Source: Neoconidiobolus thromboides FSU 785 (taxonomy: Eukaryota; Fungi; Entomophthoromycota). From it: a stretch of 64,000 nucleotides of DNA. Both the position numbers and the translations under genes were made by a program. Numbering within the stretch: the first letter of the stretch is position 1; every line of letters begins with the position of its first letter. The notes under the pieces are model-generated. The model had not been told where the DNA came from and made no database searches. It saw nothing but the letters and a program-made list of their open reading frames with translations. Positions 47,662 through 60,946 of the stretch are shown one piece after another. The stretch spans positions 36,691-100,690 of the forward strand of contig MU626326.1 in NCBI GenBank assembly GCA_025603075.1, written 5' to 3'.

Positions 47662-49160
47662 TTAACAAAACTGAAAAAAACATATTAATAAATACTGTAT
47701 TAATATTGAAATTCATTTTTACCTTCCAGGAGTGATAGCAATAAGTGCAAGTAACAAACGTAGTCATAGGTTCATCAGCAGATCGAATTTGTTTCTGATA
47801 ATATCTACATTTACGTTTTTTACATTTACCACATTTAAACATATCAGTTGTAGGTTTATCTTCTTTAGCGCCTTCAATATCTTTAAAGAAAGCTTCTTTA
47901 CGTAATTCAGCCTCTTCTTGACGAGCAAAAGAAACCATTTTCTAATATAAATAATAAAAAATGTAAAAATATGAACAAACGAATTGAAATGTTATAATTA
48001 ATTAAAACTTACAGTTGGTGGCATATTTGCAACATAATCTGGTTTATAAGTACCTTTTAATATTTTTTCATTAAATTCTGTGTTTCTAAAGTCTCTTAAA
48101 CAAGTGTTAATATTTCTAATATGATTATAATAATCCCTATTTTTAGTGGATCCAAAACGTTTCCAAGTTAAATCCTCAATTTGATTAACTAAATCCATAA
48201 CTGTTCTACCATCTATATTATTTTATATATTACTTTGTTATTCTACATTATTTTTTACTACTGTAATTTACCTATTTTAGTTAATCTACCTAGCCCTGAA
48301 TACAATACCCTACGTACTTGATTACGATAAGGTATATCATGAGGACGAAATTGTAAACCATCATCTTCTGGATATCTTTCTGGAAACTCTTTTTTTTCTG
48401 GGGGCATATAAATAGGTTGCTCCCTTTCTATTTTTAATTGTTTAATATAAATAATATAGATAATAAGTAAATTTAAAATTACGATTTTTACTAAATGCAT
48501 CAACCCTTTTGACTTTTACTGGTACATAAGTTTCATTCCCATTTTCATCTTTTACTAAACGTAATTTTTGTGCAGGTTCTAATTCTTCAATATCTACTCG
48601 TTTTTTGGGTACCACACTTAAATCTCCAAACGTTTTATCTATTCAATTATTATAATTATACTTTCTACAATAACACCAGAATAATTACATTCTTTTTTAA
48701 CTGGCTTAAGAGTCTTTTCACTAGCCTCTTCTAAATTAAAAGGTCAATATAAAATAAAAGTTATCATTTCAAATTTACTTTTAATTTTATCACTTTGAGA
48801 TATTTCAATTTTCCAATTATTAACAACTTCTTCGGCTATTTTACGAACTTTGCGATTATCTGAATTTCTAGAAAGACGAGTGAGGTATTTCCCAATTTCC
48901 GTTTTCTATATACCAATACCAATTATTAACTAATAATAACTTGAATTATTTATATAAATTAATACAATCAATATTTCCCTTGTAACTTCAATATTTCTTA
49001 ATCCAGCTAAAAAATGGATAACTGCCTAATTGTAACTTATATTAATAATACTAATATATTAAGTTACGTATTTTCTTACTTCATTATCTCCATCTCTTAA
49101 TAACTCATCTATCCTTCCTTTTGATTCTATTAAATTTTCAATTAATTTTCCTTTATGCAT
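47662..49160 (-). CDS. DST1: Transcription elongation factor TFIIS (multi-exon)
   Basis: N-terminal TFIIS domain (L..TEIGKYL..L...A..VVNNWK), a central domain, and a Zn ribbon CGKC...[16 protein letters not shown]...WKFC*. Confidence 0.9.
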
Positions 49161-49513
49161 TTTAAAAAAATGATTTTAAATTTGACTTATTTTGACTTTA
49201 GTACAGCTTAGAGCCAATATTGATTGGTTGCTAAACAACTAGAGTTCTCTAAAGATGTTCAAGTTTATTTAATATACTAAATTATTGTTATATATTAATA
49301 TAGGTACAAGTATATATTAATCAAACCCTATTTGATTTTTTAGTAGCAATAGGCCAATTATAGTACAGTATCTATGCTTATCCATATTACAAACTATTTT
49401 AAGGAGTGTATTAAAATTATAACAAATAAAGTTAGAACACATCAAATAAAAAAATAGCTCAAAAAAATAAGTTTTAAATTTTATCTTTATTTCTTTATAG
49501 TAATAAATCCAAT

Positions 49514-50077
49514 ATGAAATTGTTTCAAACATTATTTAGTTTATATTTAATAAAAGCTAGTCTTGGTTATATTGATTTAGATATTGATAAAAGCGCTTAT
49601 TATAATAGTCCGGATGTAGAAGAGTAAGAATTTATATCTAAAGAGTTATGCTAAGTTATTAATTTAAATTTTACTTTTATAAAAGCTATATAAAAACACA
49701 TTTAGTTAACGGAAAACAAGTATATAAAGATAGTGATAAAAGTTATCTATTATTTTACATTTTAGATAAAGACGCCAATGGATTTTTAGATGGCCATGAA
49801 ATAAGAGCTAACATTCATAAATCCCAAAAAGAACGTCATTTAAAAGATGAATATAGTACCGTTTGGGATGTAGAACAATTAAATGAATATGTTGATATGG
49901 TATTAAAAGAAGATGATATTGATGGAGAGTAATTATTTTTACTTTTATTTTATTTTCAATTATTGATAATTTTGTTTTTTTAGTGGTCGTATTTCAATTG
50001 ATGAATTTATGGCATCTCAAATTTATCATCACCAAGTTGATAAAGAGGATATTGAAAAAGATAAAATTTTATCTTAA
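49514..50077 (+). CDS. Secretory-pathway two-EF-hand protein, Ssp120/MCFD2-like (three exons)
   Basis: Signal peptide MKLFQTLFSLYLIKASLG, EF-hands DKDANGFLDGHE and DIDGDGRISIDE. Not in the ORF track. Confidence 0.8.
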
Positions 50078-50145
50078 TTAAATAATAATAATAATTAAAA
50101 AATAAAAAGTAAATTATTATTATTTGATTTGGTTTGATTTGATTT

Positions 50146-51057
50146 TTATTTAAGTTTATTATAAACATTAATATCAAACTCTACTTCGGGTAAAGTAACA
50201 TTCGAAGTAAATAAATTAGGTAGAAATTTACCCGTTCTCTTTTGATAATTAGTATAAGTAGGATACTTTAATATGGATAATCTTTCAGTAAACCAGGTAG
50301 AACCATAAAACAAAGAACAGAGTATTAAAGCTGGATACCAAGGTTTAACATTATAACCTAATAATAAAATGTCTTTTCCAAATAAACTAATACAGAGCCA
50401 CATCATTTGTTCAGCTAGAAAATTAGCATGTCTTGAATAATAAAAGATACCTTTCGTCAAAAAACCACGTGAATAATCTCCCTTTAGTTCATTCTTGCTT
50501 TTTGGATATTGCTTGATTAGTTTATATTTCTTTATTTGAAATTCAAATTGCTGTTCGTCAGCAATTATTTCAATAATTAAAAACAAAATAAAACCTGAAG
50601 CAATCAGCCCATCTTTCAAAGTAATACTTGAAATTGGATTGAAATAGAAACAAGCCATTGGTAAAGTCAGTGCCCATAATAAATGAGATTGAAAAAAAGA
50701 AATAAAGAAAAAACTAAATAAATGTAATAAAACATTATTTAAATAACTAGATTTAGTCATAGTTAATATAAATTCTCGAATTGGCTTCCATCGATAATCT
50801 TCCTCGTTAAAATTATATCCTCCCTTACGATAAAAATTATAAGTCAATCTTAGCCCCCATACGGTTATTAAACTAGTAATTAATAAAGTTTTATTACTCT
50901 TTATAAAATAAAAATAAACCCAAGAGTGTAACACTGGTAAAATGGACCATAGTTTATCAATGGTACTATAATTTCCAGTAAAAGTAGATAATAAAAAAGA
51001 GACTATAATGGCAGTTATATTGATACCATAACTAATTGAAATTGGATTATTAAACAT
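50146..51057 (-). CDS. DUF1295 / steroid 5-alpha-reductase-like membrane protein, intronless
   Basis: NYSTIDKLWSILP, WGLRLTYNFYRKGG...EDYRW, ADEQQFEFQ, GFLTKGIFYYSRHANFLAEQ..W, YTNYQKR. Confidence 0.88.
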   Translation of the reverse strand: MFNNPISISYGINITAIIVSFLLSTFTGNYSTIDKLWSILPVLHSWVYFYFIKSNKTLLITSLITVWGLRLTYNFYRKGGYNFNEEDYRWKPIREFILTMTKSSYLNNVLLHLFSFFFISFFQSHLLWALTLPMACFYFNPISSITLKDGLIASGFILFLIIEIIADEQQFEFQIKKYKLIKQYPKSKNELKGDYSRGFLTKGIFYYSRHANFLAEQMMWLCISLFGKDILLLGYNVKPWYPALILCSLFYGSTWFTERLSILKYPTYTNYQKRTGKFLPNLFTSNVTLPEVEFDINVYNKLK

Positions 51058-51197
51058 TTTTTGAAATAACTAATGTTAAGCAATTTGATTTAAAGTGATG
51101 AGTTGCGTCATTTATATAAGATTATTATAGAAAGATCGAATGATTTACACTCCAACTATAATTGGAAAACCATTATATTAAGTACAAAAATATGGTT

Positions 51198-51271
51198 TGC
51201 TTCAGCCCAGGTTCGAACTGGAGACCTTCACCTTGTAAGGGTGACGTGATAACCAACTACACTACCGAAGC
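51198..51271 (-). tRNA. tRNA-Val(TAC), copy 2
   Basis: Reverse complement is identical to 28566-28639; the flanks are unrelated. Confidence 0.93.
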
Positions 51272-51569
51272 AACTTGCTTACAAGTTAAAATAGAATTTT
51301 TATATAATACTATTGTCATACTTTATTAATCTAGTTGTAGATGTACATGCTTGATCTCATTATACTTATCTATATTTTATTGATTGTAACTTTTGTTTAT
51401 CTATTTTCTACTTTTTGTTATTTTGCACCTTAAATGTTTCTACCGAGTTTTATCTCTGATGAATTATATGTATTACTAGTAAATTCTTAGTTAATTTGTT
51501 AAGCTGATAGCTTTATAATAATCACACTAAGTAGGAAAATGCTTATGGAAATTGTTAATATTGGATATA

Positions 51570-51670
51570 TGGGGGTGCCTTTTTTGGCTTCATTACTTTT
51601 TTTATCTTTTAAGCACCATTCGAACGAAAAAATTGCGAGTAAAATTCTTAAACACAAAAATACACCCCCA
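51570..51670 (-). mobile_element. MITE family A, copy 8
   Basis: TA|TGGGGGTG...CACCCCCA|TA, the cleanest TIRs of the family. Confidence 0.88.
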
Positions 51671-51764
51671 TATAGTTTGTGAAAATGTGATATTATGTAA
51701 TCCTGTTAGTACTCTAATATAATAATGATATTTGAAAATGATATTTTATAAATGTTCCAATACA

Positions 51765-51864
51765 TGTGGATGTATTTTTTTGTTTAAGAATTTTACTAAT
51801 AAACTTTCCACTCAAATAGCACTTAAAAAATGCAGAAAGTAATAAAACCAAAAAAACACCTCCA
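51765..51864 (+). mobile_element. MITE family A, copy 9
   Basis: Shared core; opposite orientation to copy 8, about 95 bp away. Confidence 0.8.
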
Positions 51865-52472
51865 TACTGTTAAATAGTTTAAATCAATAATATATTTATC
51901 TAACAAACGCTCATTTTCATAATGATTTTGTATTACTATCAAAAATAATAATGTTATTTCTTTTTAAATTTTTACGCTATATTAGTTATTTTATAGTGAT
52001 GGAAAATTAAAATACTATGTTGCACATTTTTGATAGAGATATAAAGCTTCTACAAAAGCTAATCTTCTTTGGGGACAGACAGAAGTAATATTTAAGTTTA
52101 TTTTGATAGGATTTCCATATCATTAAGTTTTTAAAGTAATAAATACATTAAGCAACTTGAATAATATTTTTCTACTTCAAAATAAGAGTATAATGATTTT
52201 TGGTATTAGTCTCATTAATCATATATAAATACATAATTTATATTACTTAAATATAAAATAATTTAGCTTGTAATCAACTATTTATTGAAGTCAATCAACT
52301 ATTGAAAATATGAATAAACCGATAAAATTAACTAGGAACTTAATAGCGAATTAAGCACTAAAATTAACAAAAATGATTGGTGAGCTAAAACAAATGAATT
52401 GGCGAATTCTGGTATGGGTATATCATTGATAAGTAAATAATCTTTTCAAAGCCTCTGCTATTCTAAACTAAA

Positions 52473-53057
52473 ATGGTAAGCTACTACTATGAAAATATTT
52501 AAATAGAGAGAATGGAATCTAGATAAAGGATACGATATACATCCATCAAAATATCAATTATAGAATGAATACAACATCAACTCGAGCTTGGTTTCAACAA
52601 AATTGAAAATAGTATATGGCTTAGATAATAGATTGAAATTTATAAATAAATATAATAAGACTGTAAAAGAAATGCAATTAAAACAATACTCTAGGCTAAA
52701 GGTGCTGCTCCATCATCCTCTTCCGGAGGTAAAAATAAGAAGAAGAAATGGTCAAAAGGAAAAGTAAAGGATAAGGCTAACAATGCCGTTATCTTTGACA
52801 AGACCTCCATGGATAAATTAATGAAAGAAGTACCAACCTATAAACTTATTACTCCTTCCGTTCTTGTTGATCGTCTTCGTCTTTCCGGTTCTTTAGCTCG
52901 CGTTGCTCTCCGTGAACTTGAAAAGATGGGTCATATCCGTCTTGTTATTCACCACGGTTCTCAACTCATCTACAGTAAGGATTTTTGTATTTTAAATTTT
53001 GTTAGATATTAAATATATATTTTAGCTCGTGCTACTGGCGGTGCTGCTGACGAATAA
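52473..53057 (+). CDS. RPS25: 40S ribosomal protein eS25 (three exons; first exon is ATG only)
   Basis: ATG|GTAAGC intron to 52694, then [32 protein letters not shown]...[18 protein letters not shown]...SQLIYTRAT. Confidence 0.92.
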
Positions 53058-54199
53058 ATTTAAACCAAAATATTAATAAATATTTATTTGGATTATGTAT
53101 TCATTGGTTTTAACAACTTATTATTTAACAAAGTGACACCTAGTACAAATTATGTTTTTCATTTCGATTTATACAGGATTTTTGTTATTATCAATGATAT
53201 TAGGAAAGACTAAGTGAATCGAAAATAGAACTAATTTTAGTATTTATAAATATGGCTTGATTCAACAACCTCAACCATAGGTGAATTAGTATTTTACAGC
53301 TCATGGCTGCTCTATTTTAAGAATTAATATTATTTTCAGGTAAATGCTTTATAAGAATTTTAAGGCTAGCAAACGGATACTTTCTAAATTTGATATATAA
53401 TTAATATAGTAATATTACTATGTAAAATGTATTCAAAGAACAATAAGTTATTTTGTAGAGGCTTTTTAGACATCATGAAGTCAAAACAAGGTATTATTAT
53501 AAAAAAAACTACGTTTATAGAGTAGTATCAAAATACTTAATCACAAATAAATGAACCATCTAAAGTTAAAGCTTATATATTTTTTAGTTCTTTACAATTT
53601 TTTTAATAGATACTAATTAATAAAAATATAATATTTAATGCTTTATCAATATTGAATCTAAAATCCAAAAATTATTTCAAATAATCATTTTTACTAACTA
53701 GTTATATCTTTCTAATATTAATATAAAACACTATAGGTAACTCGAGGGAACCAAAATTATATTTGTAAATTTGATTTTACTACCATTATTTTTGTTTTAT
53801 TTTGACATACTATTTAATCAAAACTTACAGAAAGCTAAGTGTTGTATTTGATATTAATCATTTAAAGTATGTCCAAATAGCAAGCCTAAAGATCTTATTA
53901 AAATATAAATGATCCAAATATAGTAAACATGTTCATCCCTAAAAAGCTGTTAAATTGGGTAGCTTAATTTTGAAAAAAATAAAGTAAACATCTTAGTAAT
54001 TGGCTATACTATTGGAAATTAGTAGTAGAAAGCTAGTTCTATTTTATATCACAAGTGATAAAGACAAAGTAAGGAAAGAGAAAGGGAAAGAGTATCAAAT
54101 ATCAAGAAGCGAGACAATAGTGAATTACCTTAAATTCAAAATTCAAAACAGTGAAGGCATATGAAAATAACACTTGAAAAGACTATTATTTTACGTATA

Positions 54200-55100
54200 G
54201 GAAGTAAAAAAAACAGAGACCCAAGAGGCTGTTGAAATTAAAAGGTGTAACGTGTTGAAATTTTCTAGGACCAAATCGAACTGGATGAATATTTTAGAGA
54301 TAATATATTCTTAATTGATAATTTTTTATCAGATGATAAAATTAACCAAAAAGAACTTTTTGAAGTTAGCCGTATGGGATTTCATGAAATATAAGAGTGG
54401 GATAGAGGTTTTCTTGATATAAAAGAGGCTATGTTTAAACGAGAAATGGATGGGATGGCTAAAATAAGTAAATCATGACATGTTTTTAATGATCAACAAT
54501 TAAATCAAAAGAAAAAAGAATACTTTGAAAGTACGAAATATAAAAAGACTAATTTAAAAAAGACAGAGTCTAATAGAGTAAATTTTAATATTGTTAACTA
54601 GCATTATTTAATAATTCATAAAAATTGATTTTATATTTGGAATGTTTTTTGTGTTTAAGAATTTTATTAATAAATTTTCCACTTAAATAGTGCTTAAAGA
54701 TGGAAAAAGTAATGAAGCCAAAAAAACACCCCCATTTTATAATAGTGAAATGATAGGAGAACGGTATTTGAAACAACAAGAGATTTAAATGTCATTAAGT
54801 TACAATTTTATTATTGACAAAATAATAAAAGATGAAAATTATTTCATCATCCTTATAGTGAGGAAACAGATGGAGGAAGTCTTTGTACTTTAAATAACAA
54901 TAGTAATGATAATGCTTATCTTAACTCTTATCCCAGTAATTACGAATATCATGATCAAGCAGAAATTATGGGTTAGATAGATGAGTAAAGTAATGAAGAT
55001 AAATTGATTGATGACATAAATAATAATGAGTAAACGTCAGAACGGCCGAAACAAGAATATTTTAGAGGATGAATTGGAATTCTAAGTCAGAACAAAATGA
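54200..55100 (+). pseudogene. Decayed coding-like segment (possibly retroelement gag), interrupted by a MITE
   Basis: About 110 codons (IELDEYFRDNIFLIDNILSDDKINQKELFEVSRMGFHEI*EWDRGFL...) carry only two in-frame stops. More stop-broken frames follow the MITE. No diagnostic motif. Confidence 0.3.
54638..54734 (+). mobile_element. MITE family A, copy 10
   Basis: Shared core, ends AAAAAAACACCCCCA. Confidence 0.8.
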
Positions 55101-55500
55101 ACGAAAGATAATAATATTAATATTAATAGAAATGGAAATGAAAACGAAAACACTAACATTAATAAAACAAATCATAACTATAACTATAACTATAACTACA
55201 GGGAATATATAGAGAATTTACTGAATTTAAACCAGGATAATGATTCAACGAATGTACCAATGTTAGATAAAAATAAAATCAACAAGTAAAAGGTCTAGCG
55301 ACAATCTTTTGTTTGAAATAACAAAACATAAAAAGCATAATGAAACAAATAAATATTTAAGTATATATAATGCTACTTTCATGAAAAAAATAATAGTAGT
55401 GCTGATTTATGTAATAACAAGGTAAACATCTAAAATAGAAAAAAGTTATAAAAAAATTTCAGGTTGTAAATTTGTAGACAATTTAAATTTAATCAATATA

Positions 55501-55595
55501 TAGGGATGTGTTTTTTTGTTTAAGAATTTTGCTGCAATCTTTCCACTCAAATAGCGCTTGAAAAATGGAAAAATAATGAAATCAAAATAGCCTCA
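55501..55595 (+). mobile_element. MITE family A, copy 11
   Basis: TA|TAGGGATGTG...GCCTCA|TA with the shared core. Confidence 0.8.
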
Positions 55596-55874
55596 TATAG
55601 AAACTCTTAAATCAAGGATGACAATGAATATCAAAGACAATAATAATAGTAATCTAATAATGATTCTAACAATTAAGGTATGTAAATATAAAGTCAAACA
55701 CAATTAAATACATTTTCAAATAATGAAGGCCGTCTTTAAATTATTGTACCTTTTGATTATTAGTAGCTTATCTATATTTAATATTAAGTTTAATCAAAGT
55801 GCTATGTTATCTATATTACAGGTTTTGAAAAAAATAAAAATGAATATTTAGTATTTTTAATATAAATATAAATA

Positions 55875-55973
55875 TGAGGATGATTTTTTTGGTTTCATTA
55901 CTTTTCCCATCTTTTAAGTACTATTTGAGTGGAAAAATTGTTAGTAAAATTCAAATAAAAAAATACATCCTCA
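55875..55973 (-). mobile_element. MITE family A, copy 12
   Basis: TA|TGAGGATG...CATCCTCA with the shared core. Confidence 0.8.
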
Positions 55974-57578
55974 TGTATTAATTTTATACATTTGGGATAG
56001 TTTATTTGCTTATTAAAATTGATACTATTACTTTAAAAATTTCAAGGTATTTAATAGGATTAAATTAATTTAATAAAAATTCAAATTATCATTTTATTTT
56101 TAAATTTTATAGTAGAAGTACTTTAGAGTCTTTGAATTTAAAATTGTAGAAAATTAGGATAAACACTAATTATATAAGATTGACTGTTAGTTTTTTCCTT
56201 GTAAACTTATAAAAAAGCTTAAAATTAAAATTAATTTAGGATAAAGTTGCCTATATATCAAGGCCGAAATTAATTAAGGGAATATAAAATTAAGAGAATT
56301 TCAATAAACTTTAAATAAATTTTGAGCGGTGAAACTGAATACCATCTCTTTGGTATAAGAACTAGTGATTTGTTTATCTTCTTTATGCTTTTTTCTCTAG
56401 TTTTATTATAAAACGTTAAATTAAATTCGGAACAAAGGAAGAGATAGCAATGATAATAGTAACAATAATAAATGTGAATCACAAAATAAAGAGTTATATA
56501 GCAGTAGAAAGCAACTAGTATAGAAATAAAATAAACTGAACTTTTTTTAATGAAATCTAGAATTTAGAAAGATCATAATCAATAATTATTATACCATTAT
56601 TATTCAAGAATAATTATATTTCATAAAAACGGCAAAATGAAGACCGATTGATAAATTTAATCTGAATATATTTATGTAACTCAAAGAAGATAAAATAATA
56701 TAACCCACCAATTAAATAAGAGGTAATAGGTAGTATAACTCTAGATAATCCTAGATACTAAAAAGGTCGAATTAAAATAAAATTTAATCACCATTTTGTT
56801 GTACTTTTAACTATGATTGGCTAAAATTAAAAGAGCCTTGAGGTATCATGAGTTCTTAATAATTTATTTATAAGTTTTATTAAGTAATTTAATATTGGTG
56901 AAAATCGCCTGTTTTATTAAAGGAAATAATAAATTTATTTTTATATATTTAGTTGATCACTAGATCTAATTCTTAATTATATGAAATAATCATGTTTATT
57001 AAAAATAAGTATATTATAAAAATATGTAATATATTATTTAACATTATATTATCATATACACGGTATATATAATATATACACATTAATTATATCTCGTTAA
57101 ATTAATATATTATATACCCATCAAATTTAAATCATAAAATTATTTCCCCACTATCAAAATACTGTATTTTACTAGTTTAATTATTTATTTAAATAATATT
57201 AAGGAAAGAAAATAAAGGGAGAAGGAGAGGGTAAACTTAATAAATAATTAAATAAAAATAAATCCATTATCGTTATTATATTATTCATTATAATGAGAAA
57301 CTCAATAAATATTGTTGAAACTTCCAGAGTTTAATCTCTCATTATAATAAAGAACTTTCTTTAATACATATTTTATATTTATGTTTAATTAATATTCGAA
57401 TAAAAAATTGTTGTACCAGCCAAATATTATATTAATTAAACTATTTCAATTTATGATACATAATCTCTACTACTTACAGCTGTCTTCTAATATTGTACGA
57501 ATTCTAATTTGTATAATAATATCCTCTTTTACCAGAAAAATTCATTATTATTGCTGTTGTTACTATCACCACCTCTTA

Positions 57579-57836
57579 TTATGTTATTACAAGTTTTGGA
57601 GCTTCTTCAATACTAGTTTTATTGAAAAAGTTATTGATATCAGCAATAGAACGTCTACGATCATTGTTCATCTTGATTAAACTGGGATAAGACGGTGTAC
57701 GATCATAATCACAAGGAGAGTGAGTTGTAAATACCTTTTGAAATCTTGAAAAACGTACTGATTTTTTTGGTTCCATATTTAACTCTTCACTTTCTATTAA
57801 AACCATTGCTTCTATCGTATTAGTATTATCTTTCAT
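57579..57836 (-). CDS. 85-aa putative PP1 (Glc7)-docking microprotein
   Basis: KKSVRFSRFQKVFTTHSPCDYDR contains RVxF, a hydrophobic pair and the DYDR Arg motif, as in spinophilin/neurabin and fungal Bni4-like proteins. Confidence 0.65.
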   Translation of the reverse strand: MKDNTNTIEAMVLIESEELNMEPKKSVRFSRFQKVFTTHSPCDYDRTPSYPSLIKMNNDRRRSIADINNFFNKTSIEEAPKLVIT

Positions 57837-60800
57837 TATCTATATATTAATATTGAAGGTTGTAATTTTGACTTAATTAAAATCAAACACTAGCTATAAA
57901 GCTATATTAAAATGAATAGAAAGAGTAGATAATTATTAAGAAAGAAAGGAGATTTGAAGTAATTACACTACTAATTTGTAATCTTATATTTTCAAAGTAT
58001 TGTTATTCTTAACTGAAGCTGAATGAAACAAATCAAAATACAAATCTGTTAAACTTTTTATTCAACGTCAATGAATAACTTACCTATTTATACTTTTTTC
58101 TAGAATGAAACTTAATTGGTGAAAAATTAAAAATATTAAATAAGTCAAAACTTAATTGGTAAAATAAAAGATTTAAATATGTATATGAAAATGAAAATGA
58201 AAATGAAAATGAATTAGATTTATAGTGAAGGTGCTTAGTTACTATAAAAATAAATAACGCTAAATCTTTTTTTATTGATTGTTCCTTTTAATATTTAGTG
58301 AAATTAATTGGTCATAATTTATCTCATAACTTAGATCATATCTATATTATTGGCTATAATCTAGCAATTTATATTTTTTCCGAGGTTTTAATTCTCATCA
58401 AATGATATAATGGGAAACTTTAAAACCTTAAGTTTAGTTCCTTACTTAATTTGATAAAAGTCATTGAGTTGAATATGATTGGCTCAATATGATATAACTT
58501 TACCATGATTTTATTGATTCGTCGCACCCTTCTCATTCTCAACTACTTAAATAATCAATTGATTGTTTTGGGGGTACTTTATTGATCAACGTTGTAACTA
58601 ATTTTTGTATATTTTAATATATGATAATCGTATTATTTCAATAATTGTATTTATTAATAAAACTATATTATTTATATATAAATATATTATATAATAATAT
58701 AATAACAAGAACGATAATACGATTATAAATTACTAAACATTCTTATTGAATTTTAATCTTTAGTTTATAATTATATAAAATAATAGTATGTTTCGTAATA
58801 TATCTTATATATTTTATCTAATCTATCTAATTAAATTGAATTATTTCTAAAAAATTATAAATCTAGCTTATTTTAACCATATATAATTAGCAATATTAAA
58901 TAGCGAAAAAATGAAAAAAAAGGCAGTTCACTATTTAATTCAATTAATTAAGGCCATGAATTTTAATAACTTTATGTACATAAAAGCATTCATTGTCATT
59001 AAGAAATATTTAACTTAATAAATAATGTCCTAAACAAAAAAGGGAGGTTGTATTGTTTATAAATATGTACATATTATTTATAAATTAAGTTTTGTTTCTA
59101 TTTTATGTTTTATTTTATACACTACTTTATCTGATCTTATTTTGTATCAAAAATAATACATTTCACTCTTCCTTCATTATACTATTTCAAGTTAACTAAT
59201 TATGCAACCAAAATAAAAACTTTTTTTAAATGGTATAATTAAAATATTCAACATTAGTTAAATTCCATACTTATATTTTAACTTTTTATAAGTTGTAACA
59301 CTATTATTTAATATTCTCGTTTTATGTTAATACTGTTTCCATGATATAGAACGGCGTGACTAGCTGAATTTATTAAATTCTATAATATTAATATTAATAT
59401 TAATTAATTAGTATCTATCATCGATATCTTTAATATCTATTTATGTAGAAAGTATTTTGTTTTATTAATGCTGCTTATTTTAAAAAATGAAACGACTGAA
59501 ACAAAATAATTAAAACAAAGCTGTTCAAAGCTCTATAAAATTTTAAAGACATTAAAAATAATCGGAAAAACAAAAGTCGGAATTAGAACTCTAAATTTTA
59601 TTGCTTACATTAATAATCCTTAGTAGCATGGTCGGTAACATTACTAATTAGAACATAACTTAATTAACAATTATATTTAAACACATAATTTATATATGGG
59701 CTGGTATTCTTAGTAGCAAAGATATCAATATTTAGAAGCAGCAATGCCGCTTTGATACCAATTAAAAAATTAAAGGAAGTTTTAATCTATCTTATTTTTA
59801 ATAATAAAGGCTTATAATGTGGATACTATTTTTTAACGAATCCTATAGTTAAAATAGAAACCTTTATAGAAAGCATATAAAATAACTATCAATTTATAGT
59901 ACCTCTTGTTATGCTATCAGTATTATAAAACAATTTTTATATTTAAAATCATAAAAAAGAATAGTGTCCATTTAGACTTTCAATAGGTAATAAATTAGAT
60001 GTTACCTGTAAATAGAAATTTACAGGTTGTCTTATAAAATGTTTTGAAAATAATAAAAATATAAAACACAATTTTTTTGAAGAAATAAGCTGAGCTAATT
60101 AAAATAATGTAAAAAGTTGCTAATATTGAAAGGGACTTTTTCAAATTTCTTTTTAAAGTAACAATTAGATTTATTTAAGTATAGCCATACTTATTAAAAA
60201 TGTTGCTTTACACTGTTGTGGTTCTATATGGTCTAATTAACTGTCCACTCAAGAGTAAACTTAGCTAAAATTTAAGCACAAAATTTCAAAACAACTAAAC
60301 AAATGACTAAATCTAAAGATTATCGCCAATTAAGGAACTAGAATCACAACAGCCACATATAATTTTGAATTCAACCAACATAATGATTTTGAACCTTTTC
60401 TTATTTTAAACCTTTGGCTATAATGCATATTTTTTAATAAAAGAGTAGCTTTGTTATTTAAATATTACAACGCTTTTAGTTTTATTTGAACAAAGGGTAT
60501 CAAAACAAAGAAGGGTACAGGTTTATACAATGGCCTTGCTAAGGTTGAAAAACAAAGAGCAAGAGAATATAAAATATAACTCATGAAACAATATTATAGA
60601 TACTTGGCTTCTTTGTTTTCTCTTAGCAAAAAATAAAATCCCAGATGCTGCAGTTCTTTTATGACTTTTTTGGCGTTGGTTCTTATAACCAAATCACTTG
60701 TCAATTAATTCTTTTGAAACCTAACTCTTGTATTTTAATCAAATGTAGCATAAATTCTTCTCCAAAATAGGCAGTTAATTAGATCGCAAAAGAGTTGGAA

Positions 60801-60946
60801 CAGTTGTGAGCGCTAATTTAGTCCTTTATTTGATAAAATAAGCTAACAAAGGATTCTAATTTCTATTAAAATTTTAATTATTGAGTAAAAAAATTCCAAA
60901 GTATATAAATAATTAATTTATGGCCTACTATTATTAACTTTTTAAA

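Noticed and set aside
52616-52618. Alternative RPS25 ATG followed by a GC-AG intron
   Set aside because: The ATG at 52473 has a consensus GTAAGC donor and a CCAAT box about 95 bp upstream, which is the simpler model.
60220-60830. Slightly GC-richer stretch with stop-broken hydrophobic frames (possible transporter or TE remnant)
   Set aside because: No frame is long or specific enough to assign.
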